DNA from: an uncultured delta proteobacterium
Lineage (GTDB): Bacteria; Myxococcota_A; Polyangia; Polyangiales; Polyangiaceae
NCBI GenBank assembly: GCA_963806225.1
Contig: CAWDXG010000004.1
Span: 1,600,001-1,664,000 of the forward strand
DNA: 64,000 bases
Direction: 5' to 3'
In this document: piece after piece, positions 1 through 9,438 of the stretch
How the letters are laid out: each line of letters starts with the position of its first letter
Position numbering within the stretch: position 1 is the stretch's first letter
Position numbers and translations under genes: made by a program
Notes under the pieces: model-generated
Seen by the model: the letters and a program-made list of their open reading frames with translations, nothing else
Told to the model about the DNA's origin: nothing
Database searches by the model: none

Positions 1-123
1 GCAGGCGCTCCGCCTGGGCACCGAGCGCGCGCCCCGTCGCGCGGTTCCCGCGTGGCAGCTTGCTCCCTCGACGCAGCGCGTCGCCGCGCCGCGCCGGAAC
101 GCACACCACCTGTAGCCGTGCCG

Positions 124-1218
124 CTACGGCAGGGGGTGAGCCTGGAAGAAGTCGAGCATGGTGCTGGTAGCGTCGAGATCGCTGCTGGTCTTGCCGAGCG
201 GCGGCACCGGCAGCCCGCCCGGCCAGGTGTGACCGCCACCATCGATCGTGCAGAGCACCGTCGTCGCCCGGGCCTGGCAGTCCGGCCACTCCACGCACGT
301 GGCATCGCCGTGCTGGTAGATCGTCTTCTTGTCGCCGCTGCAGCCGTTGTTGAGCTGCCAGAACCTCATCGTGTCGGCAACGGACGTGAAAACCAGACCG
401 GCGCCGAGTGTCGGCAGGATGGGTGTGCCCCCGTCGTAGGGAACGAGCGGATCGCTGGTTCCGTGAAAATCGATGATCGGCAGCGGACGTGATGGCTTGC
501 ACTGGCTCGCCGGCAGCCCCAGCACGCCCGCCACCGGCGCAATTGCCGCAAAGCGGTCGGCGAGCTCGCAGCCGACGCGGTGCGAGAAGAAGCCGCCGTT
601 GCTCATCCCCGTCGCGTAGACGCGCTTGGGGTCGATGCAGTAGTCGCTCTCGAGCTTGTCGAGCAGCGCCTTGGTGAACGCGATGTCGTCCACGCTGTCG
701 GTCCAGGCCGTGCCGCAGCAGTCACCGGCGTTCCAGCTCGTGGCCACCCCCTCCGGATAGGCAACGATGAACCCGCGCTGGTCCGCCGCGCCGCTCATCC
801 GGCTCAAGAGCGCTTCCTGCCAGCCCGCCGAGCTGAAGCCGTGGAAGTTCAACACCAGCATGCTCCCGTGCGTCGGATCGTACGAATCGGGCACGTGCAC
901 GATGCTGGTCCGCGGAAGACCTCCGGACTGCAGGCTGATGGTGCGCTCGCCCGGCTTGCCGGTCTTGCCGCTGCATGTGAAGGCGCCCGCCTCCTGCGCC
1001 CCTCCCTCGAAGCCGGGATGCGGCCCGGGAGCGGCGTCGGGATACGGATCAGCGTCCGGCCAGACGATTCCGGCGTCGGTCGCTACGGGTCCCGCGTCCG
1101 CCGAGGCGTCGCCCGTCGAAGTGAAGCCGGGGCTCTGCTCGCTGGACCCGCAGCCGGCGAGCGAGAGCGCCAGAGCGACCGAGGCAGCGGTCAACCAGCG
1201 AGGGGACATCCGCTTCAC
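124..1218 (-). CDS. Lipoprotein esterase, PHB depolymerase / LpqC-LpqP family
   Basis: Lipobox LAGC; LNFHG, YPEG, WNAGDCC, GMSNGG nucleophile motif, FHGTSD, GGGHTWPG. Confidence 0.85.
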   Translation of the reverse strand: MKRMSPRWLTAASVALALSLAGCGSSEQSPGFTSTGDASADAGPVATDAGIVWPDADPYPDAAPGPHPGFEGGAQEAGAFTCSGKTGKPGERTISLQSGGLPRTSIVHVPDSYDPTHGSMLVLNFHGFSSAGWQEALLSRMSGAADQRGFIVAYPEGVATSWNAGDCCGTAWTDSVDDIAFTKALLDKLESDYCIDPKRVYATGMSNGGFFSHRVGCELADRFAAIAPVAGVLGLPASQCKPSRPLPIIDFHGTSDPLVPYDGGTPILPTLGAGLVFTSVADTMRFWQLNNGCSGDKKTIYQHGDATCVEWPDCQARATTVLCTIDGGGHTWPGGLPVPPLGKTSSDLDATSTMLDFFQAHPLP

Positions 1219-1274
1219 CAGAAAAACGTACCCCAGGACCGGACCGGTTGACCACCGTACGCGGGGCGGCGGGC

Positions 1275-1949
1275 CTAGCCGGTCCCGGCGTCCGCAACCC
1301 CGCCCGTTCCGCCGGCCCCCGACGCGCCACCGGACCCGGCGCTGCCGCCGCTCCCGGCCGTACCGCCCGTGCCTGCGGTGCCGCCCGTGCCCGCGGTGCC
1401 GCCCGTGCCCGCGGTGCCGCCCGTGCCTGCGGTGCCGCCCGTGCCCGCGGTGCCGCCCGTGCCTGCGGTGCCGCCCGTGCCCGCGGTGCCGCCCGCGCCC
1501 GCGGTGCCGCCCGCGCCCGCGGTGCCGCCCGTGCCTGCGGTGCCGCCCGCGCCTGCGGTGCCGCCCGCGCCTGCGGTGCCGCCCGTGCCTGCGGTGCCGC
1601 CCGCGCCCGCGGTGCCGCCCGCGCCTGCGGTGCCGCCCGCGCCCGCGGTGCCGCCCGCGCCTGCGGTGCCGCCCGCGCCTGCGGTGCCGCCCGCGCCTGC
1701 GGTGCCGCCCGCGCCTCCGGTGCCGCCCGTGTCGGCCGACGCGTCCACCGCCGCATCACCCCCGTCCATTCCGGCGCTTCCGTCCATCGCAACGTCGGAC
1801 TCCGCATCCTTGTTGTTTGAATACGTCCCTCCGCCGCCATCGGTGCCACCGAGGTGGGGAGGATGCTCCTTCGCACCCGAGCACCCCGCGCCGATCGCTG
1901 CCCCCATCAGACAGGTCAGACACACCACACAAGCTCGTCGGACAGGCAT
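1275..1949 (-). CDS. Gly/Thr/Ala-rich low-complexity lipoprotein (GGTAG[AT] repeats)
   Basis: Signal-like N-terminus ending GAGC, DAG/DG spacers, about 20 hexapeptide repeats, no C-terminal domain. Confidence 0.65.
   Translation of the reverse strand: MPVRRACVVCLTCLMGAAIGAGCSGAKEHPPHLGGTDGGGGTYSNNKDAESDVAMDGSAGMDGGDAAVDASADTGGTGGAGGTAGAGGTAGAGGTAGAGGTAGAGGTAGAGGTAGAGGTAGTGGTAGAGGTAGAGGTAGTGGTAGAGGTAGAGGTAGTGGTAGTGGTAGTGGTAGTGGTAGTGGTAGTGGTAGTGGTAGSGGSAGSGGASGAGGTGGVADAGTG
1354..1731. repeat. 18-bp tandem repeat, about 20 copies (ccYgcggtgccgcccgYg), coding
   Basis: Directly visible contiguous units varying at two positions. Confidence 0.95.
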
Positions 1950-2070
1950 CGAGAACTCCGCATCCGGAAACGGCTGGTTTCCTGTCGCCATACTAGCACG
2001 GCAGCCGCTCCAGCTGTGCTGGTTTCCCGTCGGAAAACGGCGCACCGGCATGCTGCTATGCTGGCGGGCG

Positions 2071-2937
2071 ATGAAGCGGCAAGAGCGCGTGGACGCGGTC
2101 AACGGCATCCGGATATATTCCGTGGTGCAGGGCGACGGGCCGACCGTGCTGCTGTTGCACGGCTTTCCGGAGACGCACCGCTCGTGGGACCTGACGGTGC
2201 CGGCGCTAGTCGAAGCGGGCTACCGCAGCGTAGCACCCGACCTCCGCGGCTACGGCCGGAGCGACTCCCCGCGCGACGGCTACGATCTCGACACGCTGTC
2301 GGACGATATCGCGGAGTTGGTCGGTGCGCTGGGGGAGGGACCGGTAGCGCTCGTCGGACACGACTGGGGCGGCGCAATCGCCTGGCACACCGCCAGCCGC
2401 TATCCCGAGCGGTTCAGCAAGTTGGTCGTCATCGACTGCCCGCACCCGGCATTGATGGCCAAGGCCATGCGCAACAACCCCCGGCAGCGGCGGCGCAGCT
2501 GGTACATGTTCTTCTTCCAGCTGCCTCGTGTGCCGGAGCTCTGGCTCTCCGCGAACGGCGGCCGGAATCTCTCGCGCATGTTCCGCGCCGGCTCGCCCGG
2601 CGATGCCGCCGTCCCGCGCGAGCTGGTCCTGGGCGAGACGCGCGAGCTGCTTGGACCGCGCGGACTCCGCGGCCCCCTCGCCTACTACCGCACGATGTTC
2701 CGGAGCTCGTTCGTACCGATGCTGACGGGCCGCGTCGCGGACGACTACGGCCCGATCAAGCTGCCCGTCACCGTGATCTGGGGGGAGGAAGACAGCTGTC
2801 TCGGCAGCGAGCTCATCGACGGCAGCGAGCGCTTCGCGCCGGACCTGACGGTCCACCGCGTGTCCGCTGCAGGGCATTTCGTGCACCAGGAACGCCCCGA
2901 CATCGTGAACCCGCTGCTGCTCCGGGCGCTCGCCTAG
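2071..2937 (+). CDS. Alpha/beta hydrolase, epoxide hydrolase-like
   Basis: LHGFPE, DLRGYG, GHDWGG, SWYMFFFQ, GHFVH motifs; start taken at ATG 2071. Confidence 0.9.
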   Translation: MKRQERVDAVNGIRIYSVVQGDGPTVLLLHGFPETHRSWDLTVPALVEAGYRSVAPDLRGYGRSDSPRDGYDLDTLSDDIAELVGALGEGPVALVGHDWGGAIAWHTASRYPERFSKLVVIDCPHPALMAKAMRNNPRQRRRSWYMFFFQLPRVPELWLSANGGRNLSRMFRAGSPGDAAVPRELVLGETRELLGPRGLRGPLAYYRTMFRSSFVPMLTGRVADDYGPIKLPVTVIWGEEDSCLGSELIDGSERFAPDLTVHRVSAAGHFVHQERPDIVNPLLLRALA

Positions 2938-2969
2938 CCAAACGCGCTTTCGTCGCGTAGATCGGCTCC

Positions 2970-4127
2970 ATGTCGCCCGAGCCCGGAAGCCGTATGCGCT
3001 TCCTCAAGCAGTCCGAGATCCGCAAAATGACGCTGGAGTGCACGCGCGTCGGCGGAGTGAACCTCTCGCAGGGTGTGTGCGACACGCCCGTCCCGCCCGA
3101 GGTGCGCCGCGCCGCGCAGGCCGCCATCGACGAAGGCGTGAACACGTACACGCGCTACGACGGTCTCGCCGAGCTCCGGACGCAGCTGGCCGCCAAGCTC
3201 GAGCGCTACAACGGTCTGGAGTACGACCCGGAGCAGAGCATCGTCGTGACGAGCGGCGCGACGGGCGCGTTCTACGGCGCATGCCTGGGCCTGTTCGACC
3301 CCGGCGACGAGGCGATCCTGTTCGCGCCCTACTACGGCTACCACGTCGACACGCTGCGCGCGCTCTCGGTGGAGCCGCGGTTCGTGACGCTCGACCCACC
3401 GACCTGGCAGTTCTCGCGCGCGGCTCTCGAAGGCCTGGTGGGCGAGCGGACGCGCGCCATCATCGTGAACACGCCCGCCAACCCTTCCGGCAAAGTCTTC
3501 AGCCGCGACGAGCTGGAGGTCATCGCCGATTTCGCGATAGAGCATGACCTGTTCGTGATCACCGACGAGATCTACGAGCACTTCCTCTACGACGGCCACG
3601 TCCACACCAGTCCCGCAGCGCTGCCGGGCATGGCCGAGCGCACCATCACCATCAGCGGACTGAGCAAGACGTTCTCGATCACGGGCTGGCGCATCGGCTT
3701 CTCCGCGAGCACGCCGCGGCTGGCTCGCATGCTCGGTACCATCAACGATCTGGTGTACGTGTGCGCGCCCGCGCCGCTTCAGCTCGGAGTCGCGCGCGGC
3801 CTGGAAGTGCTCGGTCCCGTCTTCTACGAGTCGCTGGTAGCCGAATACACGCTGAAGCGCGATCGCATCTGCACCGCGCTCGACCGCGCAGGCATCACGC
3901 CGTACGTGCCCGAGGGCGCCTACTACGTGCTCGCCGACACCTCAAAGCTCCCGGGCAAGGACAGCAAGGAGCGCGCAATGCACTTGCTGGAGACGACCGG
4001 TGTGGCCGCTGTGCCCGGCGAGGCCTTCTACCCGGACGGCAAGGGCAAGACGCTGGCGCGCTTCTGCTTTGCGAAGACCGACGAAGCCCTGGACGAGGCC
4101 TGCCGGCGGCTGGAGCGACTCGGCTAG
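2970..4127 (+). CDS. PLP-dependent aminotransferase class I/II
   Basis: NTPANPSG, DEIYE, SKTFSITGWRIG. Confidence 0.92.
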   Translation: MSPEPGSRMRFLKQSEIRKMTLECTRVGGVNLSQGVCDTPVPPEVRRAAQAAIDEGVNTYTRYDGLAELRTQLAAKLERYNGLEYDPEQSIVVTSGATGAFYGACLGLFDPGDEAILFAPYYGYHVDTLRALSVEPRFVTLDPPTWQFSRAALEGLVGERTRAIIVNTPANPSGKVFSRDELEVIADFAIEHDLFVITDEIYEHFLYDGHVHTSPAALPGMAERTITISGLSKTFSITGWRIGFSASTPRLARMLGTINDLVYVCAPAPLQLGVARGLEVLGPVFYESLVAEYTLKRDRICTALDRAGITPYVPEGAYYVLADTSKLPGKDSKERAMHLLETTGVAAVPGEAFYPDGKGKTLARFCFAKTDEALDEACRRLERLG

Positions 4128-4139
4128 AATCGAGGTCCC

Positions 4140-5279
4140 ATGTCCGACACATTGTTCGACGAATCGCACGAGCTCTACAGGAAGACCTGCCTGCGCTTCG
4201 CCAAGGAGCGCATCGAACCGCACGCCGTGGAGTGGGAAGAGGCGGAGAGCTTCCCGCGCGAGCTGTATCGCGAGGCGGCCGAAGCCGGCATCCTGGGCGT
4301 CAGCTTTCCCGAGGAGTACGGCGGAGGCGGCGGCGACGTGCTGCACAGCGTGATCACCATCGAGGCGCTGCTCACCGGCGGCTCTACGGGCGTCATGGTC
4401 GGGCTCGGTTCGCTGGGCATCGCGCTGCCGCCCGTGTTCATCCTGGGGAGCGAGGAGCAGAAGCGCCGCTTCGTGCCGCCCGTGCTCGCGGGCGAGAAGA
4501 TCGCCGCGCTGGCCATCACCGAGCCCGGCACCGGCAGCGACGTGGCGGGCATCCGCACGCGCGCCATCCGTGACGGCGATCACTACGTGCTGAGCGGCTC
4601 CAAGCTCTTCATCACCAGCGGCGTGCGTGCCGATCTCGTGACCGTGCTGGCCCGCACCGGTGACGACCCACACGGCGGCCTCACCTTCTTCGTGGTCGAA
4701 CGCGACATGCCAGGCTTTTCCGTCTCACGCGCGCTGAAGAAAACCGGCTGGTGGGCGAGCGACACGGCGGAGCTCGCTTTCGACGAGGTGCGCGTACCGG
4801 TGGAAAACCGGCTCGGCGAAGAGGGCTCCGGCTTCGTTGCCCTGATGCGGAACTTCCAGAACGAGCGACTCGCGCTCGCCGTCTACGGCCACGCCACGGC
4901 GCAAGTGGCCCTCGAAGACGCCATCGCCTACGCCAAGGAGCGCGAGGCGTTCGGCCGCCCCATCGTCGGCTTCCAGGTAACGCGCCACAAGCTGGCCGGC
5001 ATGGCGACCCAGGTCGCCGCGGCCCGGGCGTTCAACTACGACGTGGCGCGCCGCGTCGCGGCAGGCGAATACCTGGTCGGCGAGGTCAGCATGGCGAAGA
5101 ACTTCTCGGCCCGCGTGGCACAGGAGGTCTGCTACGAGGCCGTGCAGATCTTCGGCGGCATGGGCTACATGCGCGAGACGCGCGTAGAGCGGCTGGCCCG
5201 GGACGCGCGTCTGCTGCCGATCGGCGGGGGCACCAGCGAGGTGATGAACGAGATCATCGCCAAGAGCCTGGGGCTCTAG
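4140..5279 (+). CDS. Acyl-CoA dehydrogenase
   Basis: AITEPGTGSD, GSKLFIT, QIFGGMGY, IGGGTSE. Confidence 0.95.
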   Translation: MSDTLFDESHELYRKTCLRFAKERIEPHAVEWEEAESFPRELYREAAEAGILGVSFPEEYGGGGGDVLHSVITIEALLTGGSTGVMVGLGSLGIALPPVFILGSEEQKRRFVPPVLAGEKIAALAITEPGTGSDVAGIRTRAIRDGDHYVLSGSKLFITSGVRADLVTVLARTGDDPHGGLTFFVVERDMPGFSVSRALKKTGWWASDTAELAFDEVRVPVENRLGEEGSGFVALMRNFQNERLALAVYGHATAQVALEDAIAYAKEREAFGRPIVGFQVTRHKLAGMATQVAAARAFNYDVARRVAAGEYLVGEVSMAKNFSARVAQEVCYEAVQIFGGMGYMRETRVERLARDARLLPIGGGTSEVMNEIIAKSLGL

Positions 5280-5359
5280 CGCGCCCGCGGGACAAGGTTT
5301 CACCGCCCGGCTACAAACCCGAAACGCGGCGGTCACACGGCACGGCTAGCCTGCAAGGC

Positions 5360-5728
5360 ATGATCACGACGGAAGTCGCGTTCCAAGGCAGCCAGCACGG
5401 CATCCTGTCCCGGCTCGAGGTCCGGTCGAGTGGACCCAACCTGATGTCGGCGCTCCGACAAGCGCTGTTCGACCTGCGCGTACAGGTGGTGCGCGCGACG
5501 ACGCGCAACGAGGGCGAGCACCAGGTGGCCGAGCTGGACGTGGTCGAGTTCGACGGCGCGGCGCTCCGCCCCGCTCGCCGGCACCGGATCCAGGCCGAGC
5601 TCAGCGCGCTCTTGACCGCGCGCATCCAACCGCCGCCAGCCGCGGCACCGCCCGTTCGGCGCGGTTGGAAGCGCCGCTCTCGTCGCGCCGCGTCCGCCGT
5701 GGTCGCGGACTCACGAGTTTCGTGGTAG
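5360..5728 (+). CDS. Small ACT-like domain protein (resembles GlnD C-terminal ACT)
   Basis: Pattern LEVRS..PNLMSALRQALFDLRVQVVRA....ELDVVEFDG; good codon usage from ATG 5360. Confidence 0.5.
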   Translation: MITTEVAFQGSQHGILSRLEVRSSGPNLMSALRQALFDLRVQVVRATTRNEGEHQVAELDVVEFDGAALRPARRHRIQAELSALLTARIQPPPAAAPPVRRGWKRRSRRAASAVVADSRVSW

Positions 5729-5842
5729 CCACGGGCCTGTCACCGGTGTGTCACACGGCGGCCGCACGCTCTCCGCGGCCGCAACATGCAGGCGCCTTCG
5801 CACGTCATCCGCTTCCCAGCACCGGCTGCCCGGAGAAGCTTC

Positions 5843-7405
5843 GTGAAGCTGGCAGCAATCGACATCGGCTCGAACTCCGTGCACATGATCATCGTGGGCA
5901 CGCACGGCGAGCACTCCTTCGAGGTCCTCGACCGCGAGAAGGAGATGGTGTTCCTCGGGCGCAGCGTGTTCGAGCACGGCCGCCTGACGGAGCAGGCGTT
6001 TTCCGCGGGGCTGGAGGCGATTTCCAAGCTCCACAAGCTGGCGCTGCGCCACGGCGTGGAGGAAGTACGCGCGGTGGCGACCTCGGCGGTGCGCGAAGCC
6101 GAAAACGGCGGGGAGTTCCTGTACGCCGTCGCCGATCAGACCGGCATCCTGCCGCAGGTCATCTCCGGCGCCGAGGAAGCCCACTACATCTACCTGGCCG
6201 TCCGCAACGCGATCGACCTGTCGAGCCGCACGGCGCTGGTGTTCGACGTGGGCGGGGGCAGCGTCGAGACCATCGTCGGCAACGCACGCGAGCTCTCGAG
6301 CGGCCGCAGCCTCAAACTGGGCGTGCAGCGCCTGCGCGCCGAGTTCGGCGGCGGCGCGCCGCTGTCCAAGCGCCAGAAGAAGGCGCTCGAGTCGCGCATC
6401 CGCGACGTGGCGGCCTCCACGATCGAAAAGGCACGCAAGAAGGGCTTCGATCTGGTCGTGGGCACCTCGGGCACCATCCTGGCGCTGGGACAGGCGGTGC
6501 ATCGCGCCCAGGGCCGCGAGCCGTGGACCACGCCCAGCGGCCAGGTGATCGAGCTCGGCGAGCTAAGCAACCTGACCGAACGCCTTGTGGCTATTCCCGC
6601 CGCCGAACGGGCCAACTTCGCGGGGGTGGACACGCGCCGCGCCGACACCATTCACGTCGGCGGTGTGCTGCTGACCAACCTGCTCGAGCTCGCCGGTGTG
6701 GACCGCATCACGCTGTGCGACTCGTCGCTGCGAGAAGGCGTGGTGCTCGACTACCTCGACCGCGCCGCGGAGGACATCCGCTCCTACGAGGTGGTGAGCG
6801 ATATCCGTCGCCACAGCGTGCTCGACATGGCGCGCCGCACCGGCCAGACGGGCCCGCATCCCGAACGGGTCGCGCGGCTATCGCTCGAGTTGTTCGACCA
6901 GACCCGGACCCTCCACCGCCTCGGCAGCTCCGATCGCGCCCTGCTCGAGTATGCGGCCATCCTGCACGACGTAGGCCAGCACATCGGCTACGAGCGCCAC
7001 GAGCAGCATGCCGCGTACATCATCCGGAACGGCGAGCTGCGCGGCTTCAGCGAGCAGGAACGCGAAGTCCTGGCCCTCCTCGCGCGCTATCACAGGAAGT
7101 CCCGCCCGAAGCGGCGCGACGCCGACTACACCGCCCTGCCCCGCCGCAGGCGCCGGTCGATCCGCGTCCTGGCCGGCATCCTTCGCGTAGCCGACGGCCT
7201 GGACCGCAGCCACCACCAGCTCGTGCGCAGCGTCCAGGTCGACCGGGAGGGCGAGCTGCTCACGATCCGGGTACAGGCCACCGGCGACAGCGAGCTGGAA
7301 GTATGGGGCGCGCGCCGCAAGTCCAAGCTGCTCGCCCGCGCGCTGGGCGTGAAGCTCCGCATCGTGGTCGAACCGGTCGCGTCGATCGCGTTGGAAAGCG
7401 CCTGA
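5843..7405 (+). CDS. ppx: Ppx/GppA exopolyphosphatase with HD-like C-terminal domain
   Basis: AAIDIGSNS, ATSAVREA, DVGGGS, GTSGT, LREG, LHDVG; GTG start after GGAG. Confidence 0.92.
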   Translation: MKLAAIDIGSNSVHMIIVGTHGEHSFEVLDREKEMVFLGRSVFEHGRLTEQAFSAGLEAISKLHKLALRHGVEEVRAVATSAVREAENGGEFLYAVADQTGILPQVISGAEEAHYIYLAVRNAIDLSSRTALVFDVGGGSVETIVGNARELSSGRSLKLGVQRLRAEFGGGAPLSKRQKKALESRIRDVAASTIEKARKKGFDLVVGTSGTILALGQAVHRAQGREPWTTPSGQVIELGELSNLTERLVAIPAAERANFAGVDTRRADTIHVGGVLLTNLLELAGVDRITLCDSSLREGVVLDYLDRAAEDIRSYEVVSDIRRHSVLDMARRTGQTGPHPERVARLSLELFDQTRTLHRLGSSDRALLEYAAILHDVGQHIGYERHEQHAAYIIRNGELRGFSEQEREVLALLARYHRKSRPKRRDADYTALPRRRRRSIRVLAGILRVADGLDRSHHQLVRSVQVDREGELLTIRVQATGDSELEVWGARRKSKLLARALGVKLRIVVEPVASIALESA

Positions 7406-7456
7406 GCGCGGATTCGGCTTCCCGGACGAGCCGCGCCTGACTAGGTTCTCTCCCTC

Positions 7457-8344
7457 ATGATCGGCGTCGACTTCGGCGGGACCCACATCAAGGCCGGCAT
7501 CGTGGCGGAGGACGGCACGCTCGTCCGCTCCACGCTCATCGATACCAACGCGGGCGCGCCGCCGGACCAGATGTTCGACGCCATTGCCAACGTCGTGCGT
7601 TCGCTGGAGGACAAGCCCGACAGCGTCGGACTGGCCATCCCTGGCGAGGTCGATCCAGACGGGAGCTGCTGGCGCCTGCCCAACGTCCCCGGCTTCGAGG
7701 GCGTGCGCATCGCCGACGAGCTGTCCAGGCGGCTAGGATGCCGCGTCGTCGTCGAGAACGACGCCACCACCGCCGCGCTCGGCGAGCTGCTCTTCGGTCA
7801 CGGCAAGACCCACCCGAGCTTTCTGCTCGTCACGCTCGGCACCGGCATCGGCGGCGGTCTCGCGGTTTCTGGCAGGCTCCGCCGCGGCGCGCATGGCTTT
7901 GCCGGCGAGATCGGGCATCTGCGCATCGACACCTCCGACGGCGCATGGCCGTGCGGTTGCGGCAAGCACGGCTGCATGGAGGCGTACGCCGGCACCCAGG
8001 GACTGCTCCGGCGCTACGCCGAGCTCGGCCACACCGCGGACAGCATCCACCCCATCGCCGACGCCGCGCACGGCGGAGAGGCCGCAGCCCGGGACGTGTT
8101 CGGCGGCATGGGGCTCGCGCTCGGCAGAGGCCTGTCGCTGATCCAGAACGTGCTCGACCTCGATGCGCTGGTCTTCTCCGGCGGCATCTCCGCGTCCTTC
8201 GACCTGATCGAGCCGAGCCTGCGCTCGGAGCTCGCAGCGCGGGTCTTCGCCCCACCCCTCGCGAAGCTGCCGCTGCTCGTCAGCGAGGTGGGCGAGCACG
8301 CCGGCGTCATCGGCGCCGCGCATCTGCCGGTCACCGACCGCTGA
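7457..8344 (+). CDS. ROK family sugar kinase (glucokinase-like)
   Basis: DFGGT, ENDA, LGTGIGGG, GEIGH, CGCGKHGCME. Confidence 0.9.
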   Translation: MIGVDFGGTHIKAGIVAEDGTLVRSTLIDTNAGAPPDQMFDAIANVVRSLEDKPDSVGLAIPGEVDPDGSCWRLPNVPGFEGVRIADELSRRLGCRVVVENDATTAALGELLFGHGKTHPSFLLVTLGTGIGGGLAVSGRLRRGAHGFAGEIGHLRIDTSDGAWPCGCGKHGCMEAYAGTQGLLRRYAELGHTADSIHPIADAAHGGEAAARDVFGGMGLALGRGLSLIQNVLDLDALVFSGGISASFDLIEPSLRSELAARVFAPPLAKLPLLVSEVGEHAGVIGAAHLPVTDR

Positions 8345-8406
8345 GTCAGTGAACGACGGCGCAGATCCGAGCGCGACCCGCGTTGGTCGGCGCGGGGCCT
8401 CTCACG

Positions 8407-9384
8407 TCACGGTGCGACGGCGATCTTGCCCCAGCTCCTGCGGCTGCCGAGCGCCTCGAGCGCCTCGCCTGCCCTTTCCAGCGGATACGTCTTCCAGACA
8501 AGCGGCTTGATCTTCCCGGCCTGCACCAGCTCGAACAGCGCGCGGTAGGTCTCCGCGACCTGCTCTGGCGCGTGCTGCACCATCATGCCGAAGAACAGAC
8601 CGATCACGGCGATGTGCTTGAGCAGGATGCGGTTCGCCTTGATCTCCGGGATCTTGCCGCCGGCGAAACCAACGACCACGAGCCGTCCGTCCCAGGCGAC
8701 ACAGCGTGTGCAGCCGTCGAACACCTCGCCGCCCACGTTCTCGATGATGACGTCCGCGCCCCGGCCGCTCGTCTCCTGCTTGACGCGGTCGACCCAGTCT
8801 TCCTTCTTGTAGTCGATCGCAACGTCGGCGCCGGCCTTCCTCACGACCTCGAGCTTCGCGTCGCCGCCGGCAAGCGCGATTACGCGCGTGCCCAGCGCCT
8901 TCGCCACCTGCACCGTGGCTAGCCCGACGCCGCCGGCTGCGGCCGTCACCAACACCGTCTCGCCCTCGCGAAGCCGCGCTCGATGCACCAGAGCTGCGTG
9001 CGCCGTCGGGTACACCACCGGGAATACCGCCGCCTCCTCGAAGCTCATCTGCTCGGGGATGCGGTGCACGGTCTGGATCGGCGCGCTCGCCCTCTCCGCG
9101 AAGCCACCATAGAGCAGCGTCGCCAGCACACGGTCTCCGGGCTTCACGGCGTCGACCCCCCCACCCACCGACTCCACCACGCCGGCGACTTCCGCCCCCG
9201 GCGTGAACGGAAACGGCGGCTTCATCTGGTACTTGCCCTGCACCATCAGGATGTCGGCGAAGTTGCAGCCCGCCGCCTTCACGGCGATGCCGACCATCCC
9301 GGCCCCTACTTCCGGCTCCGGCACCTCGCCCACGACGAGCTCGCCCGGCTTCTCGACCCAGTGGTCGACCACGATCGCTTTCAT
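8407..9384 (-). CDS. NADPH:quinone oxidoreductase family (MDR)
   Basis: NFADIL..GKYQ, PGAEVAG, AAAGGVG, VVGFAGG. Confidence 0.9.
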   Translation of the reverse strand: MKAIVVDHWVEKPGELVVGEVPEPEVGAGMVGIAVKAAGCNFADILMVQGKYQMKPPFPFTPGAEVAGVVESVGGGVDAVKPGDRVLATLLYGGFAERASAPIQTVHRIPEQMSFEEAAVFPVVYPTAHAALVHRARLREGETVLVTAAAGGVGLATVQVAKALGTRVIALAGGDAKLEVVRKAGADVAIDYKKEDWVDRVKQETSGRGADVIIENVGGEVFDGCTRCVAWDGRLVVVGFAGGKIPEIKANRILLKHIAVIGLFFGMMVQHAPEQVAETYRALFELVQAGKIKPLVWKTYPLERAGEALEALGSRRSWGKIAVAP

Positions 9385-9438
9385 GGGGGCGAAGGCTAGC
9401 ACGCGTCCCGGCGCTCCGAGCTACGTGGCGGCCCCTGC

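Noticed and set aside
1354..1731. 18-bp array as a CRISPR array
   Set aside because: Units are contiguous with no unique spacers, they are in-frame coding, and there are no cas genes.
1369..2070. PAVPP-repeat N-terminal extension of the hydrolase (ORF 1369..2937)
   Set aside because: Antisense shadow of the Gly-rich lipoprotein; the hydrolase domain starts at 2071.
7457..8344. Polyphosphate glucokinase call based on adjacency to ppx
   Set aside because: It has the CxCGxxGC zinc motif of ordinary ROK kinases; the phosphoryl donor cannot be read from sequence.
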